From contig CM082585.2 in NCBI GenBank assembly GCA_040954595.2, positions 324,814-388,813 of the forward strand: a stretch of DNA of 64,000 bases, read 5' to 3'. Source of the DNA: Balanoglossus misakiensis. Lineage: Eukaryota > Animalia > Hemichordata. The notes beneath the pieces are model-generated. The model was not told where the DNA came from and did not search any database. It saw only the letters and a list, made by a program, of their open reading frames with translations. Of this stretch, positions 40,980 to 55,800 are shown in pieces. Within the stretch, counting starts at the first letter, position 1. Each line of letters begins with the position of its first letter. Both the position numbers and the translations under genes were made by a program.

Positions 40980-43800
40980 TTGAAACTATACATATCCTGT
41001 TAAGTGACGTTTCTTTGAATTCCATTTATGATGTAAGAAATTAAATTATTTGCAATATTAATCTATCCCTTACAACATTCTGGCATAACTATTTGAATAT
41101 TTGTTTTCATTCTGTAACTGTTCAACTTAAATCTTGGAGAGAATTCTTTATTCCAAAACAAAGCCTTGAAACTATAACATAAGTCTTTTTAGTAAAACAT
41201 ATCCTGTTATGTGACCATTCTTTGAATTTATTTTATGATGTAAGAAATTAACTTATTTGCAATATTAATCTATCCCTCATAACATTCCAGCATAACTCTT
41301 TCCATATTTGTTTTCATTCTGTGACTGTTCCACTTAAATCTTGTAGTGAATTCGTTATTCCAAAACAAAGCCTTGTAACTATACATAAGTCTTTTTAGTA
41401 AAACATATCCTGTTATGTGACCATTCCTTGAATTCATTTTATGATGTAAGAAATTAAATTATTTGCAATATTAATCTATCCCTTACAACATTCCAGCATA
41501 ACTCTTTCCATATTTGTTTTCATTCTGTGACTGTTCCACTTAAATCCTGTAGAGAATTCGTTATTCCAAAACAAAGCCTTGAAACTATACAAAAGTCTTT
41601 TTGTAAAACATGGCCCGTTATGTGACCATTCTTTGAATTCCATTTATGATGTAAGAAATTAAATTATTTGCAATATTAATCTATCCCTTACAACATTCTG
41701 GCATAACTATTTGAATATTTGTTTTCATTCTGTAACTGTTCAACTTAAATCTTGGAGAGAATTCGTTATTCCAAAACAAAGCCTTGAAACTATAACATAA
41801 GTCTTTTTAGTAAAACATATCCTGTTATGTGACCATTCTTTGAATATATTTTATGATGTAAGAAATTAAATTATTTGCAATATTAATCTATCCCTTATAA
41901 CATTCCAGCATAACTCTTTCCATATTTGTTTTCATTCTGTGACTGTTCCACTTAAATCTTGTAGTGAATTCGTTATTCCAAAACAAAGCCTTCAAACTAT
42001 ACATATTACGTCTTTTTAGTAAAACAGGGCCCGTTATTTGACCATTCTTTGAATTTCATTTATGATGTAAGAAATTAAATTATTTGCAATATTAAACTAT
42101 CCCTTACAACATTCCAACATAACTATTTGAATATTTCTTTTCATTCTGTAACTGTTCAACTTAAATCTTGCAGAGAATTCGTTATTCCAAAAACAAAGCC
42201 TTGAAACTATACATAAGTCTTTTTACTAAAACATGGCCCGTTATGTGACCATTCTTTGAATTCCATTTATGATATAAGAAATTAAATTATTTGCAATATT
42301 AATCTATCCCTTACAACATTCCGGCATAACTCTTTCTATATTTGTTTTCATTCTGTGACTGTTCCACTTAAATCTTGTAGAGAATTCGTTATTCCAAAAC
42401 AAAGCCTTTAAACTATACATATCCTGTTACGTGACGTTTCTTTGAATTCCATTTATGATGTAAGAAATTAAATTATTTGCAATATTAATCTATCCCTTAC
42501 AACATTCTGGCATAACTATTTGAATATTTGTTTTCATTCTGTAACTGTTCAACTTAAATCTTGGAGAGAATTCTTTATTCCAAAACAAAGCCTTGAAACT
42601 ATAACATAAGTCTTTTTAGTAAAACATATCTTGTTATGTGACCATTCTTTGAATTTATTTTATGATGTAAGAAATTAACTTATTTGCAATATTAATCTAT
42701 CCCTCATAACATTCCAGCATAACTCTTTCCATATTTGTTTTCATTCTGTGACTGTTCCACTTAAATCTTGTAGTGAATTCGTTATTCCAAAACAAAGCCT
42801 TGTAACTATACATAAGTCTTTTTAGTAAAACATATCCTGTTATGTGACCATTCTTTGAATTCATTTTATGATGTAAGAAATTAAATTATTTGCAATATTA
42901 ATCTATCCCTTACAACATTCCAGCATAACTCTTTCCATATTTGTTTTCATTCTGTGACTGTTCCACTTAAATCCTGTAGAGAATTCGTTATTCCAAAACA
43001 AAGCCTTGAAACTATACAAAAGTCTTTTTGTAAAACATGGCCCGTTATGTGACCATTCTTTGAATTCCATTTATGATGTAAGAAATTATATTATTTGCAA
43101 TATTAATCTATCCCTTACAACATTCTGGCATAACTATTTGAATATTTGTTTTCATTCTGTAACTGTTCAACTTAAATCTTGGAGAGAATTCGTTATTCCA
43201 AAACAAAGCCTTGAAACTATAACATAAGTCTTTTTAGTAAAACATATCCTGTTATGTGACCATTCTTTGAATATATTTTATGATGTAAGAAATTAAATTA
43301 TTTGCAATATTAATCTATCCCTTATAACATTCCAGCATAACTCTTTCCATATTTGTTTTCATTCTGTGACTGTTCCACTTAAATCTTGTAGTGAATTCGT
43401 TATTCCAAAACAAAGCCTTCAAACTATACATATTAAGTCTTTTTAGTAAAACAGGGCCCGTTATTTGACCATTCTTTGAATTTCATTTATGATGTAAGAA
43501 ATTAAATTATTTGCAATATTAAACTATCCCTTACAACATTCCAACATAACTATTTGAATATTTCTTTTCATTCTGTAACTGTTCAACTTAAATCTTGTAG
43601 AGAATTCGTTATTCCAAAAACAAAGCCTTGAAACTATACATAAGTCTTTTTACTAAAACATGGCCCGTTATGTGACCATTCTTTGAATTCCATTTATGAT
43701 ATAAGAAATTAAATTATTTGCAATATTAATCTATCCCTTACAACATTCCGGCATAACTCTTTCTATATTTGTTTTCATTCCGTGACTGTTCCACTTAAAT
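40980..43800 (+). repeat. 7-monomer duplication, 1,427-bp period; boundaries approximate
   Basis: CCCTCAT at 41274/42701 and AGGGCCC at 42026/43453. Confidence 0.85.
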
Positions 43801-46800
43801 CTTGTAGAGAATTTGGTATTTCAACATAAATTCTTGAACCTATACATAAGTCTTTTTAGTAAAACATATCCTGTTATGTGACCATTATTTGAATTCCATT
43901 TATGATGTAAGAAATTAAATTGTATGCAATATTAATCTATCCCTTACAACATTTCAGCATAACTCTTTCCATATTTGTTTTCATTCTGTGACTGTTCCAC
44001 TTAAATCTTGTAGAGAATTCGTTACTCCAAAACAAAGGCTTGAAACTATACATATCCTGTTACGTGACCTGTCTTTGAATTCCATTTATGATGTAAGAAA
44101 TTAAATTTTTTGCAATATTAATCTATCCCTTACAACATTCCAGCATAACTCTTTCCATATTTGTTTTCATTCTGTGACTGTTCCACTTAAATCTTGTAGA
44201 GAATTCGTTATTCCAAAACAAATCCTTGAAACTATACATATCCTGTTACGTGACATTTCTTTGAATTCCATTTATGATGTAAGAAATTAAATTATTTGCA
44301 ATATTAATCTATTCCTTACAACATTCCGGCATAACTCTTTCCATATTTGTTTTCATTCTGTGACTGTTCCACTTAAATCTTGTAGAGAATTCGTTATTCC
44401 AAAACAAAGCCTTGAAACTATACCATAAGTCTTTTTAGTAAAACATATCCTGTTATGTGACCATTCTTTGAATTCATTTTATGATGTAAGAAATTAAATT
44501 ATTTGCAATATTAATCTATCCCTTACTACATTCCGGCATAATGCTTTCCATATTTGTTTTCATTCTGTGACTGTTCCACTTAAATCTTGTAGAGAATTCG
44601 TTATTCCAAAAAAAGCCTTGAAACTATATATGAGTCTTTTTAGTAAAACATGGCCCGTGATTTGACCATTCTTTGAATTTCATTTATGATGTAAGAAATT
44701 AAATTATTTGCAATATTAAACTATCCCTTACAACATTCCAGCATAACTATTTGAATATTTCTTTTCATTCTGTAACTGTTCAACTTAAATCTTGTAGAGA
44801 ATTCGTTATTCCAAAAACAAAGCCTTGAAACTATACATAAGTCTTTTTACTAAAACATGGCCCGTTATGTGACCATTCTTTGAATTCCATTTATGATATA
44901 AGAAATTAAATTATTTGCAATATTAATCTATCCCTTACAACATTCTGGCATAACTCTTTCTATATTTGTTTTCATTCCGTGACTGTTCCACTTAAATCTT
45001 GTAGAGAATTTGGTATTTCAACATAAATTCTTGAACCTATACATAAGTCTTTTTAGTAAAACATATCCAGTTATGTGACCATTCTTTGAATTCCATTTAT
45101 GATGTAAGAAATTAAATTTTATGCAATGTTAATCTATCCCTTACAACATTTCAGCATAACTCTTTCCATATTTGTTTTCATTCTGTGACTGTTCCACTTA
45201 AATCTTGTAGAGAATTCGTTACTCCAAAACAAAGGCTTAAAAACTATACAAATCATGTTACGTGACCTTTCTTTGAATTACATTTATGATGTAAGAAATT
45301 AAATTTTTTGCAATATTAATCTATCCCTTATAACATTCCAGCATAACTATTTCCATATTTGTTTTCATTCTGTGACTGTTCCACTTAAATCTTGTAGAGA
45401 ATTCGTTATTCCAAAACAAAGCCTTGAAAATATACATATCCTGTTACGTGACGTTTCTTTGAATTCCATTGATGATGTAAGAAATTAAATTATTTGCAAT
45501 ATTAATCTATTCCTTACAACATTCCGGCATAACTCTTTCCATATTTGTTTTCATTCTGTGACTGTTTCACTTAAATCTTGTAGAGAATTCGTTATTCCAA
45601 AACAAAGCCTTGAAACTATGCATATCCTGTTACGTGACGTTTCTTTGAATTCCATTTATGATGTAAGAAATTAAATTATTTGCAATATTAATCTATTCCT
45701 TACAACATTCCGGCATAACTCTTTCCATATTTGTTTTCATTCTGTGACTGTTCCACTTAAATCTTGTAGAGAATTCGTTATTCCAAAACAAAGACTTGAA
45801 ACTATAACATAAGTCTTTTTAGTAAAACATATCCTGTTATGTGACCATTCTTTGAATACATTTTATGATGTAAGAAATTAAATTATTTGCAATATTAATC
45901 TATCCCTTACTACATTCTGGCATAACGCTTTCCATATTTGTTTTCATTCTGTGACTGTTCCACTTAAATCTTGTAGAGAATTTGTTATTCCAAAACAAAG
46001 CCTTGAAACTATAACATAAGTCTTTTTAGAAAAACATATCCTGTTATGTGACCATTCTTTGAATTCCATTTATGATGTAAGAAATTAAATTTTATGCAAT
46101 GTTAATCTATCCCTTACAACATTTCAGCATAACTCTTTCCATATTTGTTTTCATTCTGTGACTGTTCCACTTAAATCTTGTAGAGAATTCGTTACTCCAA
46201 AACAAAGGCTTGAAACTATACATATCCTGTTACGTGACTTTTCTTTGAATTCCATTTATGATGTAAGAAATTAAATTTTATGCAATATTAATCTATCCCT
46301 TACAACATTTCAGCATAACTCTTTCCATATTTGTTTTCATTCTATGACTGTTCCACTTAAATCTTGTAGAGAATTCGTTATTCCAAAACAAAGCCTTGAA
46401 ACTATACATAAGTCTTTTTAGTAAAACATGGCCCGTTATGTGACCATTCTTTGAATTCCATTTATGATGTAAGAAATTAAATTGTATGCAATATTAATCT
46501 ATCCCTTACAAAATTTCAGCATAACTCTTTCCATATTTGTTTTCATTCTGTGACTGTTCCACTTAAATCTTGTAGAGAATTCGTTATTCAAAAACAAATC
46601 CTTGAAACTATACATATCCTGTTACGTGACATTTCTTTGAATTCCATTTATGATGTAAGAAATTAAATTATTTGCAATATTATTCTATTCCTTACAACAT
46701 TCCGGCATAACTCTTTCCATATTTGTTTTCATTCTGTGACTGTTCCACTTAAATCTTGTAGAGAATTCGTTATTCCAAAACAAAGCCTTGAAACTATACC

Positions 46801-49800
46801 ATAAGTCTTTTTAGTAAAACATATCCTGTTATGTGACCATTCTTTGAATTCATTTTATGATGTAAGAAATTAAATTATTTGCAATATTAATCTATCCCTT
46901 ACTACATTCCGGCATAACGCTTTCCATATTTGTTTTCATTCTGTAACTGTTCAACTTAAATCTTGTAGAGAATTCGTTATTCCAAAAACAAAAGCCTTGA
47001 AACTATACATAAGTCTTTTTACTAAAACATGGCCCGTTATGTGACCATTCTTTGAATTCCATTTATGATATAAGAAATTAAATTATTTGCAATATTAATC
47101 TATCCCTTACAACATTCCGGCATAACTCTTTCTATATTTGTTTTCATTCCGTGACTGTTCCACTTAAATCTTGTAGAGAATTTGGTATTTCAACATAAAT
47201 TCTTGAACCTATACATAAGTCTTTTTAGTAAAACATATCCAGTTATGTGACCATTCTTTGAATTCCATTTATGATATAAGAAATTATATTATTTGCAATA
47301 TTAATCTATCCCTTACAACATTTCAGCATAACTCTTTCCATATTTGTTTTCATTCTGTGACTGTTCCACTTAAATCTTGTAGAGAATTCGTTACTCCAAA
47401 ACAAAGGCTTAAAAACTATACATATCATGTTACGTGACCTTTCTTTGAATTACATTTATGATGTAAGAAATTAAATTTTTTGCAATATTAATCTATCCCT
47501 TATAACATTCCAGCATAACTATTTCCATATTTGTTTTCATTCTGTGACTGTTCCACTTAAATCTTGTAGAGAATTCGTTATTCCAAAAAAAGCCTTGAAA
47601 CTATATATGAGTCTTTTTAGTAAAACATGGCCCGTGATTTGACCATTCTTTGAATTTCATTTATGATGTAAGAAATTAAATTATTTGCAATATTAAACTA
47701 TCCCTTACAACATTCCAGCATAACTATTTGAATATTTCTTTTCATTCTGTAACTGTTCAACTTAAATCTTGTAGAGAATTCGTTATTCCAAAAACAAAAG
47801 CCTTGAACCTATACATAAGTCTTTTTAGTAAAACATATCCAGTTATGTGACCATTCTTTGAATTCCATTTATGATATAAGAAATTAAATTATTTGCAATA
47901 TTAATCTATCCCTTACAACATTTCAGCATAACTCTTTCCATATTTGTTTTCATTCTGTGACTGTTCCACTTAAATCTTGTAGAGAATTCGTTACTCCAAA
48001 ACAAAGGCTTAAAAACTATACATATCATGTTACGTGACCTTTCTTTGAATTACATTTATGATGTAAGAAATTAAATTTTTTGCAATATTAATCTTTCCCT
48101 TATAACATTCCAGCATAACTATTTCGATATATTTGTTTTCATTCTGTGACTGTTCCACTTAAATCTTGTAGAGAATTCGTTATTCCAAAACAAAGCCTTG
48201 AAACTATACATATCCTGTTACGTGACGTTTCTTTGAATTCCATTTATGATGTAAGAAATTAAATTATTTGCAATATTAATCTATTCCTTACAACATTCCG
48301 GCATAACTCTTTCCATATTTGATTTCATTCTGTGACTGTTCCACTTAAATCTTGTAGAGAATTCGTTATTCCAAAACAAAGCCTTGAAACTATAACATGT
48401 CTTTTTAGAAAAACATATCCTGTTAAGTGACCATTCTTTGAATTCATTTTATGATGTAAGAAATTAAATTATTTGCAATATTAATCTATCCCTTACTACA
48501 TTCCGGCATAACGCTTTCCATATTTGTTTTCATTCTGTGACTGTTCCACATAAATCTTGTAGAGAATTCGTTATTCCAAAACAAAGCCTTGAAACTATAA
48601 CATAAGTCTTTTTAGAAAAACATATCCTGTTATGTGACCATTCTTTGAATTCCATTTATGATGTAAGAAATTAAATTTTATGCAATGTTAATCTATCCCT
48701 TACAACATTTCAGCATAACTCTTTCCATATTTGTTTTCATTCTGTGACTGTTCCACTTAAATCTTGTAGAGAATTCGTTACTCCAAAACAAAGGCTTGAA
48801 ACTATACATATCCTGTTATGTGACTTTTCTTTGAATTCCATTTATGATGTAAGAAATTAAATTTTATGCAATATTAATCTATCCCTTACAACATTTCAGC
48901 ATAACTCTTTCCTTATTTGTTTTCATTCTGTGACTGTTCCACTTAAATCTTGTAGAGAATTCGTTTTTCCAAAACAAAGCCTTGAAACTATACATATCCT
49001 GTTACGTGACCTTTCTTTGAATTCCATTTATGATATAAGAAATTAAATTATTTGCAATATTAATCTATCCCTTACAACATTCCGGCATAACTCTTTCTAT
49101 ATTTGTTTTCATTCCGTGACTGTTCCACTTAAATCTTGTAGAGAATTTGGTATTTCAACATAAATTCTTGAACCTATACATAAGTCTTTTTAGTAAAACA
49201 TATCCAGTTATGTGACCATTCTTTGAATTCCATTTATGATATAAGAAATTATATTATTTGCAATATTAATCTATCCCTTACAACATTTCAGCATAACTCT
49301 TTCCATATTTGTTTTCATTCTGTGACTGTTCCACTTAAATCTTGTAGAGAATTCGTTACTCCAAAACAAAGGCTTAAAAACTATACATATCATGTTACGT
49401 GACCTTTCTTTGAATTACATTTATGATGTAAGAAATTAAATTTTTTGCAATATTAATCTATCCCTTATAACATTCCAGCATAACTATTTCCATATTTGTT
49501 TTCATTCTGTGACTGTTCCACTTAAATCTTGTAGAGAATTCGTTATTCCAAAAAAAGCCTTGAAACTATATATGAGTCTTTTTAGTAAAACATGGCCCGT
49601 GATTTGACCATTCTTTGAATTTCATTTATGATGTAAGAAATTAAATTATTTGCAATATTAAACTATCCCTTACAACATTCCAGCATAACTATTTGAATAT
49701 TTCTTTTCATTCTGTAACTGTTCAACTTAAATCTTGTAGAGAATTCGTTATTCCAAAAACAAAAGCCTTGAACCTATACATAAGTCTTTTTAGTAAAACA

Positions 49801-52800
49801 TATCCAGTTATGTGACCATTCTTTGAATTCCATTTATGATGTAAGAAATTAAATTATTTGCAATATTAATCTATCCCTTACTACATTCCGGCATAACGCT
49901 TTCCATATTTGTTTTCATTCTGTGACTGTTCCACATAAATCTTGTAGAGAATTCGTTACTCCAAAACAAAGGCTTGAAACTATACATATCCTGTTACGAG
50001 ACTTTTCTTTGAATTCCATTTATGATGTAAGAAATTAAATTTTATGCAATATTAATCTATCCCTTACAACATTTCAGCATAACTCTTTCCATATTTGTTT
50101 TCATTCTGTGACTGTTCCACTTAAATCTTGTAGAGAATTCGTTTTTCCAAAACAAAGCCTTGAAACTATATATATCCTGTTACGTGACCTTTCTTTGAAT
50201 TCCATTTATGATGTAAGAAATTAAATTATTTGCAATATTAAACTATCATTTACAACATTCCAGCATAACTATTTCCATATTTGTTTTCATTCTGTGACTG
50301 TTCCACTTAAATCTTGTAGAGAATTCGTTTTTCCAAAACAAAGCCTTGAAACTATACATATCCTGTTACGTGACGTTTCTTTGAATTCCATTTATGATGT
50401 AAGAAATTAAATTATTTGCAATATTCATCTATTCCTTACAACATTCCGGCATAACTCTTTCCATATTTGTTTTCATTCTGTGAATGTTCCACTTAAATCT
50501 TGTAGAGAATTCGTTATTCCAAAACAAAGCCTTGAAACTATAACATAAGTCTTTTTAGTAAAACATATCCTGTTATGTGACCATTCTTTGAATTCATTTT
50601 ATGATGTAAGAAATTAAATTATTTGCAATATTAATCTATCCCTTACAACATTCCAGCATAACTCTTTCCATATTTGTTTTCATTCTATGACTGTTCCACT
50701 TAAATCTTGTAGAGAATTCGTTATTCCAAAACAAAGCCTTGAAACTATACATATTAAGTCTTTTTAGTAAAACATGGCCCGTTATTTGACCATTCTTTGA
50801 ATTTCATTTATGATGTAAGAAATTAAATTATTTGCAATATTAAACTATCCCTTACAACATTTCAGCATAACTATTTGAATATTTGTTTTCATTCTGTAAC
50901 TGTTCAACTTAAATCTTGGAGAGAATTTGTGATTCCAAAACAAAGGCTTGAAACTATACATAAGTCTTTTTAGTAAAACATGGCCTGTTATGTGACCATT
51001 CTTTGAATTCTATTTATGATTTAAGAAATTAAATTATTTGCAATATTAATCTATCCCTTACAACATTCCGACATATCTCTTTCCATATTTGTTTTCATTC
51101 TGTGACTGTTCCACTTAAATCTTGTAGAGAATTTGGTATTTCAACACAAATTCTTGAACCTATACATAAGTCTTTTTAGTAAAACATATCCAGTTATGTG
51201 ACCATTCTTTGAATTCAATTTATGATGTAAGAAATTAAATTTTATGCAATATTAATCTATCCCTTACAACATTTCAGCATAACTCTTTCCATATTTGTTT
51301 TCATTCTGTGACTGTTCCACTTAAATCTTGTAGAGAATTCGTTACTCCAAAACAAAGGCTGGAAACTATACATATCCTGTTACGTGACCTTTCTTTGAAT
51401 TCCATTTATGATGTAAGAAATTAAATTATTTGCAATATTAATCTATTCCTTACAACATTCCGGCATAACTCTTTCCATATTTGTTTTCATTCTGTGACTG
51501 TTCCACTTAAATCTTGTAGAGAATTCGTTATTCCAAAACAAAGCCTTGAAACTATAACATGAGTCTTTTTAGTAAAACATATCCTGTCATGTGACCATTC
51601 TTTGAATTCATTTTATGATGTAAGAAATTGAATTATTTGCAATATTAATCTATCCCTTACAACATTCCAGCATAACTCTTTCCATATTTGTTTTCATTCT
51701 GTGACTATTCCACTTAAATCTTGTAGAGAATCCGTTATTCCAAAACAAAACCTTGAAACTATACATAAGTCTTTTTAGTAAAACATGGCCCGTTATGTGA
51801 CCATTCTTTGAATTTCATTTATGATGTAAGAAATTAAATTATTTGCAATATTAAACTATCCCTTACAACATTTCAGCATAGCTCTTTCCATATTTGTTTT
51901 CATTCTGTGACTGCATGTTCCACTTAAATCTTGTAGAGAATTCGTTACTCCAAAACAAAGCCTTGAAACTATACATATCCTGTTACGTGACGTTTCTTTG
52001 AATTCCATTTATGATGTAAGAAATTAAATTATTTGCAATATTAAACTATCATTTACAACATTCCAGCATAACTATTTGAATATTTGTTTTCATTCTGTGA
52101 CTGTTCCACTTAAATCTTGTAGAGAATTCGTTATTCCAAAACAAAGCCTTGAAACTATACATATCCTGTTACGTGACGTTTCTTTGAATTCCATTTATGA
52201 TGTAAGAAATTAAATTATTTGCAATATTAATCTATTCCTTACAACATTCCGGCATAACTCTTTCCATATTTGTTTTCATTCTGTGACTGTTCCACTTAAA
52301 TCTTGTAGAGAATTCGTTATTCCAAAACAAAGCCTTGAAACTATAACATAAGTCTTTTTAGTAAAACATATCCTGTTATGTGACCATTCTTTGAATTCAT
52401 TTTATGATGTAAGAAATTAAATTATTTGCAATATTAATCTATCCCTTACAACATTCCGGCATAACGCTTTCCATATTTGTTTTCATTCTGTGACTGTTCC
52501 ACTTAATTCTTGCAGAGAATTCGTTATTCCAAAACAAAGCCTTGAAACTATATATAAATCTTTTTAGTAAAACATGGCCCGTGATTTGACCATTCTTTGA
52601 ATTTCATTTATGATGTAAGAAATTAAATTATTTGCAATATTAAACTATCCCTTACAACATTCCGGCATAACTCTTTCTATATTTGTTTTCATTCTGTGAC
52701 TGTTCCACTTAAATCTTGTAGAGAATTTGGTAATTCAACACAAATTCTTGAATCTATACATAAGTCTTTTTAGTAAAACATATCCAGTTATGTGACCATT

Positions 52801-55800
52801 CTTTGAATTCCATTTATGATGTAAGAAATTAAATTATTTGCAATATTAATCTATCCCTTACAACATTTCAGCATAACTCTTTCCATATTTGTTTTCATTC
52901 TGTGTCTGTTTCACTTAAATCTTGTAGAGAATTCGTCATTCCAAAACAAAGCCTTCAAATTATACATAAGTCTTTTTGTAAAACATGGCCCGTTATGTGA
53001 CCATTCTTTGAATTCCATTTATGATGTAAGAAATTAAATTATTTGCAATAATTATCTATCCCTTACAACATTCCGTTATAACGCTTTCCATATTTGTTTT
53101 CATTCTGTGACAGTTCCACTTAAATCTTGTAGATAATTCGTTATTCCAAAACAAAGCCTTCAAACTATACATATTAAGTCTTTTTAGTAAAACATGGCCC
53201 GTTATTTGACCATTCTTTGAATACCATTTATGATGTAAGAAATTAAATTATTTGCAATATTAAACTATCCCTTACAACATTCCAGCATAACTATTTGAAT
53301 ATTTGTTTTCATTCTGTGACTGTTCCACTTAAATCTTGTAGAGAATTCGTTAATCCAAAACAAAGGCTTGAAATTATACATATCCTGTTACGTGACCTTT
53401 CTTTGAATTCCATTTATGATGTAAGAAATTAAATTATTTGCAATATTAATCTATTCCTTACAACATTCCGGCATAACTCTTTCCATATTTGTTTTCATTC
53501 TGTGACTATTCCACTTAAATCTTGTAGAGAATTCGTTATTCCAAAACAAAACCTTGAAACTATACATAAGTCTTTTTAGTAAAACATATCCAGTTATGTG
53601 ACCATTCTTTGAATTCCATTTATAATGTAAGAAATTAAATTTTATGCAATATTAATCTATCCCTTACAACATTTCAGCATAACTCTTTCCATATTTGTTT
53701 TCATTCTGTGACTGTTCCACTTAAATCTTGTAGAGAATTCGTTAATCCAAAACAAAGGCTTGAAATTATACATATCCTGTTACGTGACCTTTCTTTGAAT
53801 TCCATTTATGATGTAAGAAATTAAATTATTTGCAATATTAATCTATTCCTTACAACATTCCGGCATAACTCTTTCCATATTTGTTTTCATTCTGTGACTG
53901 TTCCACTTAAATCTTGTAAATAATTCGTTATTCCAAAACAAAGCCTTGAAACTATAACATAAGTCTTTTTCGTAAAACATATCCTGTTATGTGACCATTC
54001 TTTGAATTCATTTTATGATGTAAGAAATTAAATTATTTGCAATATTAATCTATCCCTTACAACATTCCAGCATAACTCTTTCCATATTTGTTTTCATTCT
54101 GTGAGTATTCCACTTAAATCTTGGAGAGAATTTGTGATTCCAAAACAAAGGCTTGAAACTATACATAAGTCTTTTTAGTAAAACATGGCCTGTTATGTGA
54201 CCATTCTTTGAATTCTATTTATGATGTAAGAAATTAAATTATTTGCAATATTAATCTATCCCTTACAACATTCCGACATATCTCTTTCCATATTTGTTTT
54301 CATTCTGTGACTGTTCCACTTGAATCTTGTAGAGAATTTGGTATTTCAACACAAATTCTTGAACCTATACATAAGTCTTTTTAGTAAAACATATCCAGTT
54401 ATGTGACCATTCTTTGAATTCAATTTATGATGTAAGAAATTAAATTTTATGCAATATTAATCTATCCCTTACAACATTTCAGCATAACTCTTTCCATATT
54501 TGTTTTCATTCTGTGACTGTTCCACTTAAATCTTGTAGAGAATTCGTTACTCCAAAACAAAGGCTTGAAACTATACATATCCTGTTACGTGACCTTTCTT
54601 TGAATTCCATTTATGATGTAAGAAATTAAATTATTTGCAATATTAATCTATTCCTTACAACATTCCGGCATAACTCTTTCCATATTTGTTTTCATTCTGT
54701 GACTGTTCCACTTAAATCTTGTAGAGAATTCGTTATTCCAAAACAAAGCCTTGAAACTATAACATGAGTCTTTTTAGTAAAACATATCCTGTCATGTGAC
54801 CATTCTTTGAATTCATTTTATGATGTAAGAAATTGAATTATTTGCAATATTAATCTATCCCTTACAACATTCCAGCATAACTCTTTCCATATTTCTTTTC
54901 ATTCTGTGACTATTCCACTTAAATCTTGTAGAGAATCCGTTATTCGGAAACAAAACCTTGAAACTATACATAAGTCATTTTAGTAAAACATGGCCCGTTA
55001 TGTGACCATTCTTTGAATTTCATTTATGATGTAAGAAATTAAATTATTTGCAATATTAAACTATCCCTTACAACATTCCAGCATAACTATTTGAATATTT
55101 GTTTTCATTCTGTAACTGTTCAACTTAAATCTTGGAGAGAATTCGTTATTCCAAACAAAGCCTTGAAACTATACATAAGTCTTTTTAGTAAAACATGGCC
55201 CGTTATGTGACCATTCTTTGAATTCCATTTATGATGTAAGAAATTAAATTTTATGCAATATTAATCTATCCCTTACAACATTTCAGCATAACTCTTTCCA
55301 TATTTCTTTTCATTCTGTGACTGTTCCACTTAAATCTTGTAGAGAATTCGTTACTCCAAAACAAAGGCTTGAAATTATACATATCCTGTTACGTGACCTT
55401 TGTTTGAATTCCATTTATGATGTAAGAAATTAAATTATTTGCAATATTAATCTATTCCTTACAACATTCCGGCATAACTCTTTCCATATTTGTTTTCATT
55501 CTGTGACTGTTCCACTTAAATCTTGTAGAGAATTCGTCATTCCAAAACAAAGCCTTCAAACTATACATAAGTCTTTTTGTAAAACATGGCCCGTTATGTG
55601 ACCATTCTTTGAATTCCATTTATGATGTAAGAAATTAAATTATTTGCAATAATTATCTATCCCTTACAACATTCCGGCATAACGCTTTCCATATTTGTTT
55701 TCATTCTGTGACAGTTCCACTTAAATCTTGTAGATAATTCGTTATTCCAAAACAAAGCCTTCAAACTATACATATTAAGTCTTTTTAGTAAAACATGGCC

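Noticed and set aside
43006-43227. 73-aa ORF in the satellite
   Set aside because: A single substitution (ATTAAA to ATTATA) removes the usual stop. It has a TTG start and is translated satellite sequence.
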